Below are positions 14,809 through 32,646 of a stretch of DNA of 64,000 bases, piece after piece; position 1 is the first letter of the stretch; every line of letters starts with the position of its first letter. Origin of the DNA: the human T2T-CHM13v2.0 reference genome, Homo sapiens; contig CP068257.2 of NCBI GenBank assembly GCA_009914755.4, forward strand, positions 22,176,001 to 22,240,000, read 5' to 3'. The notes under the pieces are model-generated. The model saw only the letters and a list, made by a program, of their open reading frames with translations. It had not been told where the DNA came from and ran no database searches. The translations under genes and the position numbers were made by a program.

Positions 14809-15152
14809 CAGCCACTTGTGTCTTCTTTCGCTGATGTGTTCTTCACGATGTCCAGCCACTTGTGTCTGCCTGCTAGGGTCTAAGATTTTTTTATAGGCCC
14901 AAGATAGGGGCGTGGTGGGCCGTGGTGGTCTTGGGAAATGCAACATTTGGGCACAAAGGCAGGAATGCCTGTCCTCACCTAGGTCCATGGGGGTGTAGCC
15001 CTAGCCAGGGATCACACCCTTCTCTACCCAGCACTTCTTCCCACTTCTGTTTCATTTAAAGGGACCATGCTCTTCCCTTCCCAGCACTCCTGTATCACTA
15101 CTCATAAACAAGACGAATATGCAACAAGGTTAGTTAAAAAAATAAAGTTGTT

Positions 15153-15447
15153 GGCTGGGTGTGGTGGCTCACGCCTGTAATCCCAGCACTTTGGGAAGTC
15201 GAGGCGGGCGGATCACCCGAGGTCAGGAGTTTGAGACCAGCCTGGCCAACATGGTGAAACCCCATCTCTCTAAAAATACAAAATTAGTCAGACGTGGTGG
15301 CACATGCCTGTAATCCCAATGACTCGGGAGGCTGAGACAGGAGAATTGCTTGAACCCAGGAGGCAGAGGTTGCAGTGAGCCAAGATCTCACTCCAGTCTG
15401 GGCAGAAAAGAGTGAAACTCTGTGTCAATAGTAATAATAATAATAAG
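15153..15447 (+). mobile_element. Alu SINE, sense
   Basis: Starts ggctgggtgtggtggctcacgcctgtaatcccagcactttggg and ends gagtgaaactctgtgtcaatagtaataataataataagg. Confidence 0.95.
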
Positions 15448-15559
15448 GCTGTCATTTTATTCATTTCTAATATACACAAGTAAATAAAGAATAGAAATTC
15501 AGCATTGTTTTTCTAAAATCAGAAGACATCCATTAGCCCCTGACCCCTACCCCAACCTG

Positions 15560-16500
15560 CAAATAGTTAGTAAAGATCAATTATGTTTCAGGCCCACTGG
15601 TAAATATTAATCTGGCTGTGTCCTGAAGTAGAAAAGATTGAGACTAATTGAAGAGTCTGGTGGGACTCCAGGATAAGGAATTCTTTAGAAAATTTCTACT
15701 AACCCAAGTGTCCTCGGAGACACACTTGGGTTAGCAGAAAGCTGGTAGTAGGGCCTGTCTCAGAGGGCTCTGGGGCACAATGACTGAGAATTTAGGAGAA
15801 GCCCACATAGCAACACTGTGCAGTGGCAAAGGATGCCACAGCAATGAGGACTTCCCAATGATGCCACGACAGGTGCAGGTGATAGGGAAAGGAGGCAGAG
15901 AAATTCTAGGCAGAAAAGGGCAAGTCCCCATAAAACCTCACCGTCAAGCCTGAAACCACAGCTCAAAGTGAGAACTTATATCCCTATTTTCCGGCCTGAA
16001 TGTCACCTTTTTCTAAACCAACCATGGACCACCCTGTCCCCATCTTGTGCCGATAAAAACCCCAGACTCAGCCCGTAAAGAGAGAGAAACAACTGGGTGC
16101 TAGAGAGTATGGCTGGACATCAGAGAGAAGTGGTTTGACTTCAGAAAGAGAGCTTGATGGTGTAACTCCAGAGAAGAATCCAGCAGGAGATGGCCAGACT
16201 TCAGGGGAAGATTAGCTTCCCACCCTATCTTCTTTTCTGCTCCCTTTTGACTAAGAGCCACTTTCATCGGCAATAAAGTCCCCTGCATTTACCATCCTTC
16301 AATTCGTTCATGTGACCTAATTTCTCCGGGATACTGGACAAGAGCTCGGGAGCCACGAGTGCAGATACAAAAGAATGTCGCACTGGCCCTTGGCCCTTGC
16401 TGGCAGAAGGCAACTGCCTTATGTGAAGAGGCAGAGACCCGCTGAGCAGTTAACACTCAGGCTGTCCACAGACAGCAGAGCTAAAAGAGCACTGTAACAC
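15560..16500 (+). mobile_element. ERV-type LTR-like segment of unidentified family
   Basis: Contains gccgataaaaaccccagactcagcc, a poly(A) signal context ggcaataaagtcccctgcatttacc, and a 3' part gagcagttaacactcaggctgtcc...gcactgtaacactc resembling R/U5 regions of class I ERV LTRs. The segment is moderately CpG-retaining. The family could not be assigned. Confidence 0.3.
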
Positions 16501-17150
16501 TCTCTCTGGGGATCCAGGGGTCATGGGCACTGCCCAGATGCTGCTGCAGGACCTGCATGGAGTTCGCTCCTGCAGCTCCCAAAAGCTCTTGCCTGGCTCC
16601 TGTACCTGCTCCCCTTCACACTCCCTCCCATGGGGGGTGGAACACAGCAGGTCTGAGTGGGTGGAGTTTGCCCTTGCTGGTGCTGAAGTGGCCGGCTGGT
16701 TCCATCACTCATGCACTCCAGTTCTCCCCTCATTCACTTACGTGTTTCCTCTATGAGGAGTTGAGAGCTGCAGGCTGAGTGGCCAAGGCAGCCCGTCATG
16801 AGTCCCGTGAAGGGATCAGGGAAATATCCTGCTTCAGAGGTCCCAACATAGACCTTCCTGTGACTGTGGGAGCCTGTGCTCCCAGCTATTGAGGTTTAAA
16901 CACAAAACAGAATCAATCACTAAGATCCTACTTTGTGGCAAACTCATTGAGTTCTATGATTGGGACTAAAATATTTTTGCATTACCATTGAAATTATTTA
17001 AATACTTCCTTTATGCTAACAGTTGCTAAACACAACATTCTTGACATATGGCTAAACATATTTAAAATTTATTAACTTTTCATGAGATGAATTATAGTTA
17101 TATTTTATATGTAAAATATGAAAATGTTCCTCATGCGAGCTTGCTAATTA

Positions 17151-17525
<375 letters not shown>

Positions 17526-18252
17526 TTAGTTAGGAGGATGAATGCCTGTGTGTGCTCCCTGGCGAAAAAAATAAAATATATACTTTGTATAGCTCTAGAG
17601 TGGTAAGGGATAAGAGATCTTCAGGGGCATCTAGTCCAGTTTCCATCTGATGTTGAATCACCTATCTAACAAAATGCCAGACATGTGCTCACCTAGGCTG
17701 TGCCTGAAAACTTTCAGTGATGCAGACAATATTATGGCTTAAGGTTCTGCTTCTCTAGAGGCAGTCAGAGTTATCCGTGGACAGCTCTGAGTGGTGGAAA
17801 ATTTCTCTTTACATTTAGCTAAAACTGTGTTCCCTGGAGTTTCATCTTTTTCATTCCAGTTTGAAGCATCAGGGCTATAAGGAACAAATCAAAGGCCTCT
17901 TGCACATGAAAGCACTTGGTCTATTTAAGGAGAACTCTCTTATTCCCCTTGAGTTTTCTCTTCTAGAGATTCAATATCCACAGTTTCTTTGAGGAGGCTT
18001 CATCTGTCATGTTGTCAATTCCCTTCATAATTTTAGTCTCCTCAGCTCTGAATGTCTTCCACTTTGTCAATATCTTTCTTAAAGTCTGGTGACTTGAATG
18101 GAACAAACAGATTCGGCCAAATGACAGGCAGTATACTGTCACTTTCTTTGTCCTGGGCTTCTGTCGCTTTTCTCATTTTACATGTCTATCAGTGTAACTA
18201 AGTTCAAAATGGCTTTTTAGGCAGTATGACTTATGATGATTCATGTTGTTAA

Positions 18253-18667
<415 letters not shown>

Positions 18668-20762
18668 TAAATCCTTGTTTTTCATCTGAGAACCTCACAT
18701 TAAATTCAGCTAATTTTTATATATAATCTTAAATTCATCTGTCTGGCTTTCCAAGAAAACCGTTGTCTCCTGGCCCTGTCATTTACTACCTCTCCCAGAT
18801 TTCAGAAATATTATTAGATTCTAGAGTGCATGATTCTTTGCTCTCAAGTGTCAACCACATAACTTAGCCAAACAGAAAATCACAATCATAATCTAAGGAT
18901 TTTTTTTTTCAAATTGCCTCAGAAAAACTTGATTATCTCAGTTATCTTGCATTTATTCTCTCCACATTTTTATTGTTAAAACCTAGGCAATTAAAAATTG
19001 TCTATTGGACTAGAAGCTTCATGCTGTTCTGTGTTTGGGTTTCCGTTGTGTATCTAGGATCTGACAAAGTGAGCACGTGCTGAATATTTATTTAACACAT
19101 GGGTTATTGATGTTATTTGCATGCTATGCTGGCACATGCTCTACTGCTATGAAAAAGCTGTACATAAATAATTTCTGGTGGTTAGAGACTCTTAGTGGAG
19201 TTACCTTATAAAAATATTTGAGTCGATAAGACAAACAAATAAAAACATTCACAGGGTAACTCATCTTAAAATGTTACAGAAAATAGTTACTTAAAACAAT
19301 CTACCATTTAAATACAAAAAGCACACACATGTTTGACACATAATAAAGATACAGCTGCATTTTCAGGAAGTTGTTTTATAACATCCTAAAAATAGTTCAA
19401 TTATGATGTTACCGTGTATCAAAGCAGAAAAGGAGAGAACAACTTTAAGCCAATTAAATGGGCATTACAAGCAGCTGTTCCAGAAAAGGCTGCTGGCATT
19501 AGAAAAGGCTACTGCTATACAGAAAATTATTTCTTTCCTTTTTTTGTCTCCCTGAAAGATGCAACATATACGGATTCACATCTTCATATGTGGCCTATCT
19601 AAGACATAAAATCTTTTAAAAGTGTTTTCTCTATGCTGTCAAAACTCTATGAGCCAGAACTTCATGCAAAATGGTGTTTATTTTGGTGTTTTGTCATCGC
19701 TCTCCTAGGTCATTTGAAAACCAGAAAATAATGAGTTTGAGAAAAAAATCCTTGATAGATAAACACTGCATAGAAGAGCGCTTTAAGAATCTAGGACTTG
19801 AATAAAGGCTTACCTTTAATTTTAACCAGATTTCTCCATCAGTATCGGCATATGCATGTAAAGAGATATTTCAGGATTTTTTAAAAAACTATTAAGATTC
19901 AATACCTCTTGCTAATCAAATACATATATTAAAAATATCATTAAGAATAAGCTTGCAAGCTGATGCTGTTTTCAAATACTAATCATAGCCTTCACAGTAC
20001 CTGGAACTGACAGGTGCCATTGTGTGAAAATCATGAAATCAAAGAAGCCATATTCATTTTCCCTTGAATGTCACTTAATACTGCAATGACTACATCTTTG
20101 ACTTAACTACCGCTATTGTGAGCCAATATTTGTGGTTAAATTCTTTCTTTTACATTGAGGGGAATACTCTAATTTACTTTCTGGAGAATAAACAAAAAGA
20201 ACAGATCTTTCTGATCATAACCTATCGCCTTGCCAATGGTGGTCACTTAAAAGTACTCGTTCAACCGCAATTCCAGGTACAAGTCCAGGTCTGTGAGAAT
20301 ATTCATCAGCTTTCATCTGCAGTGACATTGCTTGCTCTGTGTCACACTAAGGGTGCTTGGGAAGCCTGCATTAGCAGCGATATCAAGACTCTACTCTTTG
20401 TTCATGGACTGTAGGGAAATATTTGCACAAAAAATATGATTATTGTAAATATGTTTCAAAAATATTAACATTTACATGTCACTAATTTCAACTTGTTTTA
20501 ATAAACTGTGATCTGAGTAACATTTTTGCCAAGCACTAAATATTGGAAATACTATTCTTAAAAATGATAATTCATACTAGTTATACTCATTCAAGTACTT
20601 GTGTGACTCAAAGTATCATAAATCATAACTACAGAGAGACTTTAAATATCATTAACTTCATTTCCCTCATTTTATAAATAACCTGAAGCCAAGCAAGATT
20701 TGTTAGGAAGTAATGTAACCCAAGATGGTGCATCAGTATCCTGACTTCCACACAATTGCACT

Positions 20763-21057
20763 TTTTTTTTTTTTTTTGATGGAGTCTTGCTCTGTTGCCC
20801 AGGCCGGAGTGCAGTCGCACAAACTAGGCTCACTGCAAGCTCCGCCTCCTGGGTTCATGCCATTCTCCTGCCTCAGCCTCCCGAGTAGCTGGGACTACAG
20901 GCACCCACCATCACGCCCGGCTAATTTTTTTGTATTTTTAGTAGAGACAGGGTTTCACCATGTTAGCCAGGATGGTCTTGATCTCCTGACCTTGTAATCC
21001 ACCCACCTTGCCCTCCCAAAGTGCTGGGATTACAGGCATGAGCCATCACGCACGGCC
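20763..21057 (-). mobile_element. Alu SINE, antisense
   Basis: Poly(T) then gatggagtcttgctctgttgcccaggccggagtgcagtcgcac, ending caggcatgagccatcacgcacggcc. TSD aca(a/t)ttgcactttt at 20749-20762 and 21058-21071. Confidence 0.95.
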
Positions 21058-21179
21058 ACATTTGCACTTTTGTATGTTAACTACTTCTGCAAGGTATGAA
21101 AGGTTGAATTATATTCAGGTTTAAATTAAAGAATAAAATAATGTTACTGAAACACCAGGAGTTTTGTCTAGGTCCTGCT

Positions 21180-21420
21180 GCTTACAACACATAATGCCAG
21201 TCATAAAGACAAGAAGTATTGCAGGGAAGAGGCTTCAATCTGGGGCGGCAGCTGAAGAGATGGGAGATCAGTCTCAAATCCATCTCCCTGACTGACTAAA
21301 ATTAGGGATTTATATGGGAAGGAAGAAATGTAACCATGTATGGGAAAACAGGAGTTAGGGAAGAGTAAAGAAAAGGAATTGGTCAATATGTGGTCAGGTG
21401 ATCATGATGGGTGAGAGGTC
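21180..21420 (-). repeat. LTR-like interspersed repeat, copy B. It is the inverted homologue of 11880-12170.
   Basis: The reverse complement of ggcggcagctgaagagatgggagatcagtctcaaatccatctccctgactgactaaaattagggatttatatgggaaggaagaaatgtaaccatg aligns to 12041-12130. Confidence 0.4.
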
Positions 21421-22927
21421 TGGTATCCCCTTGTCAGATGTGGTGATCTGGTGAATGTCAGTTCCTTGATTCTATCTTAAGCCCTGATGGCTGGTTTCCT
21501 GAGAAAGGAACTCAGATAAAACAAATGAAGCTTTTCAAGTTTCAAGACTGGGAGGAACAGTTTCTATGTTTATTCAAAGGAAACCACAGACATTGGTTCT
21601 ATGGGACAGCTTGGGTGGTTTCAGTAACATTTCATAAACCCTGAGCAATGTCCTCAAATGTGTTTTGTTCTACCCACCTAGGGCCCCTGCACAGCTAATT
21701 TCTTGTCCAGTTACCTATTTTCTGCCATGTCTGAATGAACCTTTTATTGTCTGTTCCAGGAATGGACCTGAGCCCACTAAATATTATTTCTTAGCCAGCT
21801 GACACAATGTAAAGTTTTATGAGCAGGGGATGCTGAAAATACTTTGCAGAAAGAAAGAGCTTTTCTTCTTGGTCTAAGGTGCTCCTCGTGGCAGTATCTC
21901 ACAGTACATAGGGTATCCCCAGTGTCCAGCTCTGCAGTGCAGATGACTTCTCTAGTACTGAGTCATGCTGCACACACTTCTCCAGAAAACAGCTCCTGCA
22001 ATGGATAGAAGCCAGCAGCCCAAAGCCTACAGGATAAGCCAAAAGCATCCACAGGTTGTTTTGTAGAGGACTTACTCCAGTGGGTCACCTTCGAGTGAAT
22101 GGCTTTACTTGACACTCTAGAGGGCAGTTTCTGGCAAGTTCTACATGTGTGATGCCTCAGCTACTTCTCTGCCATTCAACAACTGTGCCCTCCCTAACAA
22201 GGTCTGACTTTGTCAGGAGAGATCTTGATAGGGAGGGTCTCTCTAACAAGGAGAGAATGGGGACCTGACTCAAGTGCCATTGATTGCCCATTATAGTTTC
22301 TATCCTACATTTTTAGAGTTCTTTTTACTTCTTACCAGCCAATTCCTCATTAATCCAATCTCCTAGTATAGTTAACATCCTTTTTCTTTGCTGTTCAAAT
22401 TGCTCGGCAGTATCTGTCTTCTCATTGCACCCTTACTGATACACTTCTCTTTTCCTGGAAGTTTTAACTCTTCCCATATTTTCTTCATTATTTTATACTC
22501 ATCTTCCTGAATCCAGCTCAAATGTCACATTCTCAAGAAAGACTTTGAAATTCACCCTGAGATGAATTTATATTTTTTCTTCATTGACCTTATTGTTCCA
22601 TATACTTTTTTTCATAGCCTTTACCACAGTTTTAATGTTATATATTTCTGTGACTATTTGATTACTCTGCTATTCATCTCAAATTTCTATGAGGGAGGAA
22701 ACAGTATTTCTGTCTCTTTTTGTCAATGTATATTTAAATCCCTGTACCAGATCTGGCACACTGCAGTACCCTGTAAATATTACTGCAAGAATAAAACAAC
22801 ATCTTTAATAAAGCTTTAGATTGACTCTCAAAGTTTGGAGAACTTCTAGAGAAACAGGGTAGTTTCTGAACCCCTTTTGGAAAAGCAGAGAAGCCCTGAA
22901 GATTTAACGACTAAGAATTTAAAAATA

Positions 22928-23003
22928 TCAGGTTGGTGCAAAACCTAATGAAACTACTTTACTTTCAATGGCAAAAACCACAATTACTTTTGCACCAATC
23001 TAA
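22928..23003. mobile_element. MADE1-like mariner-derived MITE (Hsmar1-related palindromic element)
   Basis: tcaggttggtgcaaaac...atggcaaaaaccacaattacttttgcaccaatctaa. The right half matches the MADE1 consensus almost perfectly, the left half is diverged, and the element has terminal inverted ttaggttggtgcaaaag-type ends. Confidence 0.65.
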
Positions 23004-24445
23004 TAAATAAATCTAAATATTGGTTATGGTAATTAAAATTAAAATTGTCTCTACAGAGTGACCAGTGAGGTAGTATTCTGTCTCTATGACCTATTCTGGT
23101 CTTGCTAAAACTTCCACATCATTTCTGGATTCCAAAATCTCTCTCGATTATTTTCTTATTTACATGATTTGAACTTTTTCTTCATACTATAGCCAACTAT
23201 TAAAATAATATGCAAGTTCCTCAGTATTCTAAAACATACTTCAGCCTGAAAGTACATTTAATGATTTTTTAATTTGATTAGTGAGAGGATAATGAATAGT
23301 CACGTAATCTGTTCCTGATTTTTGTAAGCCCAGCACTGACTGTGTATTATCCCATCCTAGTTTTGTCTGATTTTTATTCTTGCCTTTTATTGCTGGTTCT
23401 CCTCCGCTCCGCATCTTTACAAGGTTCCTAGTTTGTTTACCAGCCATTTTTCTTTACTCTCCAGAGATTTATTTATAAAATTTTCCTAAGGCTTTTCTTA
23501 TCTCAACTATTCTATAACTTTTCAAGAAATATTTACTTAATGCCAACTGATTTTTTTTATATTAATGAATCTCCAAAGATTCTTAATTTGATGATTTGAC
23601 TTGCATATTTTCTTATTTCCACTATAATTCAAATATGATCTAAACATTTTTAAATCTGTAAAGACACATTTTGTAATAAAGATTCCAATATCCTAATGCA
23701 GGGGGTAGTCCTAGAGTTACATTATGTATAACTTCATATATCCTATGGGTGCTTAGGATATATAACACTCATTCTCATCAGATGGAAATGCCAATAGTCA
23801 TGTGAAAATCATCTGTTGTTTTCTCCTCGCTTCATGGCCAAATATTCATCATTCTCATTTCAAGTTAAGATAAAATGTCAAAGCAAATATTTATTTTCCT
23901 AAGTCACAAAGTGAAGAGTCTCCAGGTCATAGTTCTTGGTGAAAACTAAAAAAAATTATGCCCAAACTTCACCATGCTGTTATTGTTCTGCCTTCCTTAG
24001 ACTTCGCTTATTTTGTAACATACAACATGTTTCCCAGTAACTACCAGGTCTAGCTCCTGAATACCTTCTCTTATTCTGATAACTGCCTTTTGTAAATACT
24101 CATCTTTTAAGTGCTTTACCTATCAATCCCTCATTTGTTTTACTGAAGTCAATATTGACTGTTTATCTTATTTGTACCACTTCAATTTAATGAATCAACC
24201 TACTGATTTTTCTTTTTTCCAAGTTACAATAATGATTATATTTTATCTCTCAAAATATTCTATCTTTATTCTATCCTTTCTTCTTTTAATTTGAAACTTC
24301 ATATGAGGATGTTTTAAAGTAATAATATCTATTCCATAGAAGGAAATCTTTTAATGGTCACTCTACATATATGCTTTCTAGAAATAGTAATCCCGACTTT
24401 TAAAAATATAATACGTATAGTCATATTTTGCACTACTATGAAAAG

Positions 24446-24498
24446 ATAGATTGATAGATAGATGGGTGGGTAGATAGATAGATAAATAGAGATAAATA
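24446..24498. repeat. (GATA)n-type tetranucleotide microsatellite, interrupted
   Basis: agattgatagatagatgggtgggtagatagatagataaatagagataaataa. Confidence 0.85.
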
Positions 24499-24519
24499 AC
24501 ACTGTAGACAAGGTAGCTT

Positions 24520-24860
24520 AGAGAGCAAACACTTATTTCTCACAGTTCTGGAGGTTGGTAAGTCCAAGATCAAGGCACTAGCGGATTCAGTATCTGGTGA
24601 GGATTCTCTTTCTAGTTTGCGGGAAAGTACTGTCTAGATCTTTTCAGTGTATTCTTACTGAATAAAAGAGAGAAAGATCGCTCTCTTTCTCTTTCTATAA
24701 GGACACTAATAAGGGGGCTCCACCCTTACAACCTAATTAACTCCAAAAGGTTCCACTTCCCAGTACCATCACATTGATAAGAGAGCTTCAACATGTGAAT
24801 TTGGGAGGATGGGAGTATTCAATTCACAGCACACAGGAATCCTGAGTAGTTATTTTATCT
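24520..24860 (+). mobile_element. MaLR-type (MLT1-like) LTR fragment
   Basis: Blocks ttatttctcacagttctggaggttggtaagtccaagatcaaggcac and ctctttctctttctataaggacactaataagggggctccacccttacaacctaattaactcc...ttcaacatgtgaatttgggaggat match recalled MLT1-family motifs. Confidence 0.35.
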
Positions 24861-25923
24861 ACTAATCAGCTACACATTGATACAGGAAAAGGACTAGAAG
24901 GCAAGTCTAAGCAAGCAATTCTTGGACAAATGGGATTTACTATTAACAAATACGGTTTTCACATAAATTGCATGCAAAAAATATGAATACCTTCTGAATT
25001 ATTACAGCTGATCTGTAGTGTAGTAGTTGACAGTAAGGCTAAGAAATGAGGCCAATATGTATTATTAATAATTTGGGTGTACTTTTCTTTAATGTATAGA
25101 AGCATAAAAGTTATTAAAGCAAAGACTGAAAACTCATCTGATGCTCTTTCATCAGGCTTTGCCTAGGTTTTTCAAAAAATATGGATTTGAACTCCAATAA
25201 TCTAAAACAATGTGTTTTTTTACTTTTTTCCTCAGAAAATTGAAAAAAATCTCTAAATAGAGTCTGACTCAATTTTTTTAAGAATGCCATAGTCACTCCA
25301 CCCTCTATATAAGGGTATCTTGTGAAAAAATATATAAAATATATTATTTTATATACTAAATGCATTATATATTTATAAATATTTATATACATATAAATTA
25401 TTTCATTCTCATACCTCCTTATTAAGAGGAGAGTTATGGGGACTATATGTGGAGGAAAATGAGAATGGGGAACATGGAAAATTATCACAATCAGATAATA
25501 TAAAATGTTTATGGACACTACAATTGCGGAATTTGGTTTAGATAGGTCTTTGTCTATTCCCATGGGATAATAAAGTAGCTTGTGACCAAAAAACTTGTAA
25601 AACTCAAGATTTTAAGCATTTGAGAGAAAACACAAATATTTTAATATCCTATGGGTGGAGACAAATGGTGACACAGTAGGATTTGTGGCCATTTTTTAAA
25701 CGAAATATTTTTGTGGAGAGGATAATAATAGATAGGACATTATCACACTGGGAAATTGATATTGGTAGAAACTACCACCTTATAAGATTTCACAGATTGT
25801 CCATTTTGAAAATTATCAGAATCAAAATGGAATCACTTACCTCAAACCCTGGCAAAATTGAGCCAGGGGTCCATGAAGGGAGGATCTTCATGAATGTATG
25901 CCTAAAAACAAAACTGTTACAAC

Positions 25924-28679
<2,756 letters not shown>

Positions 28680-29298
28680 ATAACTTTTCACAAAGACTAC
28701 CAAAACTTTACACCAAAAATACTTCTGTGAGGACATCTGCCCAGTAACTGCCTGTTCAACCTTGTACTCACACCACCCTTGTTACTGATCCTTGTTGCCA
28801 AACTTTCCTTCCTTTATCTCCCTAAATATGCCCATAGCTTACTATGGCATCATATTCCACATTGCAATGTTCACTCCCAAAGAAACATATTATCTTTGGA
28901 GAATCTCTGTACATCTGTTATTTAGGTTGACAAAATATGTGTGTGTTTGTGTCAGAGAGGAGTGGGTGTGGATGTGCGTTTTGGTCTATGAAGTTTTACC
29001 ACATCTGTAGATTTGGATAATCCAAGAACAGACAAGATACAGAACAGTTCTATTACAAGGATCCCCCATGCTATCCTTTTATAGCCATATCCACACACAC
29101 TCCTATCCCTAAGCCCTGGAAAACATTAATTTGTTCTGCATCTTTATAAACTTTTTACCTCAGGAATGTTATATATGTTACTTTGCAAGCTTTTTTTCTT
29201 AACTCAGTGTAATTTCCTTGCATTGAATTCAAGTTGCTTAATGAATCAATAGTTTTCTCCTTTTTTATTGTTGGATAGGATTCCATGGCATGAGTATA

Positions 29299-29657
29299 TG
29301 ATATGGTTTGGTTCTGTGTCCCCACCTAAATCTCATCATGTACCTCCCATAATTCCCATGTATTGTGGGGTGGACCCGGAGGAAGATAACTGAATCATGG
29401 GGCCAGGTCTTTCCCCTGCTATTCTCCTCATAGCGAATGAGTCTCACAACATCTGACAGTTTTACAAAGGGGCATTTCCCTGTACAGACTCTCTTGTCTC
29501 TTGCTGTCACCATCTAAGAGGTGACTTTCGCCTTCTGCCATGATTGTGAGGCCCCCTCAGCCACATGGAACTATGAGTCCAATAACCTCTTTTTTTTTTT
29601 TTAAATTGCCCAGTCTCAGCTATGTCTTTACCAGCAGCATGAAGGTAGACTAATATG
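29299..29657 (+). mobile_element. THE1/MST-class MaLR solo LTR inserted into the antisense L1
   Basis: Starts tgatatggtttggttctgtgtccccacctaaatctcatc, contains ccatgattgtgaggccccctcagccacatggaactatgagtcc, and ends ...gtagactaatatg. Flanked by a 5-bp TSD gtata at 29294-29298 and 29658-29662, which is typical for ERVL/MaLR. Confidence 0.7.
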
Positions 29658-30043
29658 GTATATGACAATTTGTTTAGCATTCACCTGTTGAAGGACATTT
29701 GGGCTGTTTCTAGCTACTGGATATTAATTAATAAAGCTGCTATCAACATTCCTGTACAAGTTTTTGTGTGAAAATACATTTTGATTTCATTAGGACAAAA
29801 GTCTAAGGAGGGAAACTGCTAGATCATGTGGCAAGAGTATGCTTAGTTTTATATGAAATTGCCAAGCTATTTTCTGGAATGGCTGTGTAATTAAGCATTC
29901 CCATTAGCAATGAATGAGTGATTCAGTTTATTTTCAAACTCAGAAAAAAAGATCGTGGTGATTTCACTATTTTTTAAAAATTATAACTGTTGTGATAAGT
30001 GTAGTAATATATCATTATTGGTTTAATTTATATTTCCTAGTGA

Positions 30044-30368
<325 letters not shown>

Positions 30369-32250
30369 ACAGTGTTAAACAACTTTTCATGCATTTATTG
30401 GCTGTCTGTCCTCATCAGTGAAATACATGTTCATGTATCTTTCTAATTGAATTATTTTTACTGTGCATTGTTTCGAGTCCTATATACATTCTAGACTCTG
30501 GCCCTTTGTTGAGTATGTTGCCTGCAAATATTTTCTCTCAGTCTCTGCCTGGTCTTTTCTTTCTCTTCATGGGGTAACTCAGAGATAAGTTAAAAAACAA
30601 ACAAACAAACTGATGAGCTCTAGTTAATCAATGGTCTTCAACCATTATTTCTTCAGACTCACAGACACACTCTGCTTTTTGTATCCATATTGAACTCTTA
30701 TCATAAGAGCAGTGAAGCAATTCCATCAATATTGATCTGTTCTCAAATTCACTGATTCTGTTTCCTTTCATCTCTAGTCTACATTTATCCTATCTAGCAA
30801 GCTATTTTTTCCTCCCTGTGATTGTATTGTTTAGTTCTATAATTTCCATTTGGTTCTCTTTAATAACTGATGGAATTATTTGATATTTTCTATTATGTCA
30901 TCTGTTTCAAAAGAATTTTTAGTTGCTTTTTGCAATTAAAGCATTTTTGTGCTGATTGCTCCTAAATCCTTGTCAGATAATTGCAACCTCTGATTCTGCC
31001 CAGTGTTGTCACTTGATAGTGTTTTCTCATTCAAGTTGATGATTTTCCTGATTCGCAGTATAAAATTCTGTCTTTTGTTAGAAGATTACAAGTCCTCCTG
31101 AAGTCTTTATTTTAGCAGGTAACCACCTAGTCTAAGTTTAGCAAGCAGAGCCTGGCCTACTTTTATGGACTGTGGTTCCAATGACAACTTCATCTTTAGA
31201 GTCTTTATGGTGTTATTTTGATTGCTTGTTGGGTGCCTTATGATACCACTGGGCTCTCACTGGTCTTTACTGGTACTGCCTGGTGGCCAGAAGATGCTTT
31301 CCCAGGCCTGGACTCATAGTGCCTCGATCTAGAAAAGGGAGTCTCCAGTCTTTAGAAAGAGTCTTTCCCTGGCAGTGCCACTCATTGTGACAGATTTTTC
31401 TCTCGTGGGCGCAGCCCAGTGTCTGGTGTTTTGGGTTGGGGAGGGGAGTCTCAGGCACACAAGAACAAGCATTAGTTGTGGCAGAATTTTCCTTGCTGCT
31501 TCTGCTCAGTTGACCAATGTCTCTCGGTAAAGAAGGGAGTCTCTGACCCACAAGGATGGATGGCTTCCTGGGCCAGCCTGGTTATGATGGCAAGATCCCC
31601 CTGCCAGTGCTTCGAGACCCCCTAGGTTTCCCTTAATGTGTGTGCCTGTGTGTGGCAGGGGTGAGGGAGGAGTGGGAAGCAACCATAGTCCTTGTTCACT
31701 AGCCTTGTCTGCTTTGGTCATCAGCTGGTGTCACTATCAGTCTCCATTCCTGATACTGCTGGGCTGACCTGGTGTTATTGAAAGGACTCTTATTCAATCT
31801 GGCAGAGGAATGAGCCTACCTGATCTGCCTTTTGATGCAAAATTGGGGATGGGGAAGCGGTGGGCCTGGCTTGCTTTGTTCTGTTGAGTGGGCATCAAAA
31901 GACCTGTTTCTTTAATCCTGAGACCTCTAACATCTGCCTGTCTTTCAGAGTTCTCTCTCTCTTTTTATTTTTTCTCTTACAACTTCCAGTGTTTGTGGTT
32001 GTACGTAGTTGAGAGGATCAAGAATAAACAGGCCTATCCTATCTTATCTGAACCAGAAATAATTTTATCTTCTTTTAAATTACACTAGGACCCCCAAAAA
32101 GCACACCTGCTGGTAGTATCCTTAAAAGTGAGAATAATCTTTACATAAAATGTTGGTTTTATGATCACATAAAATAATACTTAAAGTGGTAGCTTTAATT
32201 ATCATTATCTTTATTATGTTATTATTGTTGTCATTTTATCATTATTATTA

Positions 32251-32646
<396 letters not shown>

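Noticed and set aside
15699-15734. 13-bp perfect inverted repeat with a 10-nt spacer (ctaacccaagtgt...acacttgggttag)
   Set aside because: It is short enough to arise by chance within 64 kb and lies inside an LTR-like segment. I have no evidence of function.
25114-25563. 149-aa ORF on the minus strand, the longest unique-sequence ORF
   Set aside because: It lies in extremely AT-rich low-complexity DNA. The translation is dominated by I, Y, F and K runs (IYMYINIYKYIMHLVYKIIYFIYFF), with no domain-like pattern and no splice or promoter context. It is a chance ORF in AT-rich sequence.
31150-32060. GC-richer block that reads like antisense retroelement 5' sequence (for example tggcagaattttccttgctgcttctgctcagttgaccaatgtctctcgg)
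   Set aside because: I could not align it convincingly to L1 5' UTR/ORF1 or to any LTR consensus from memory. It is left unannotated rather than guessed.
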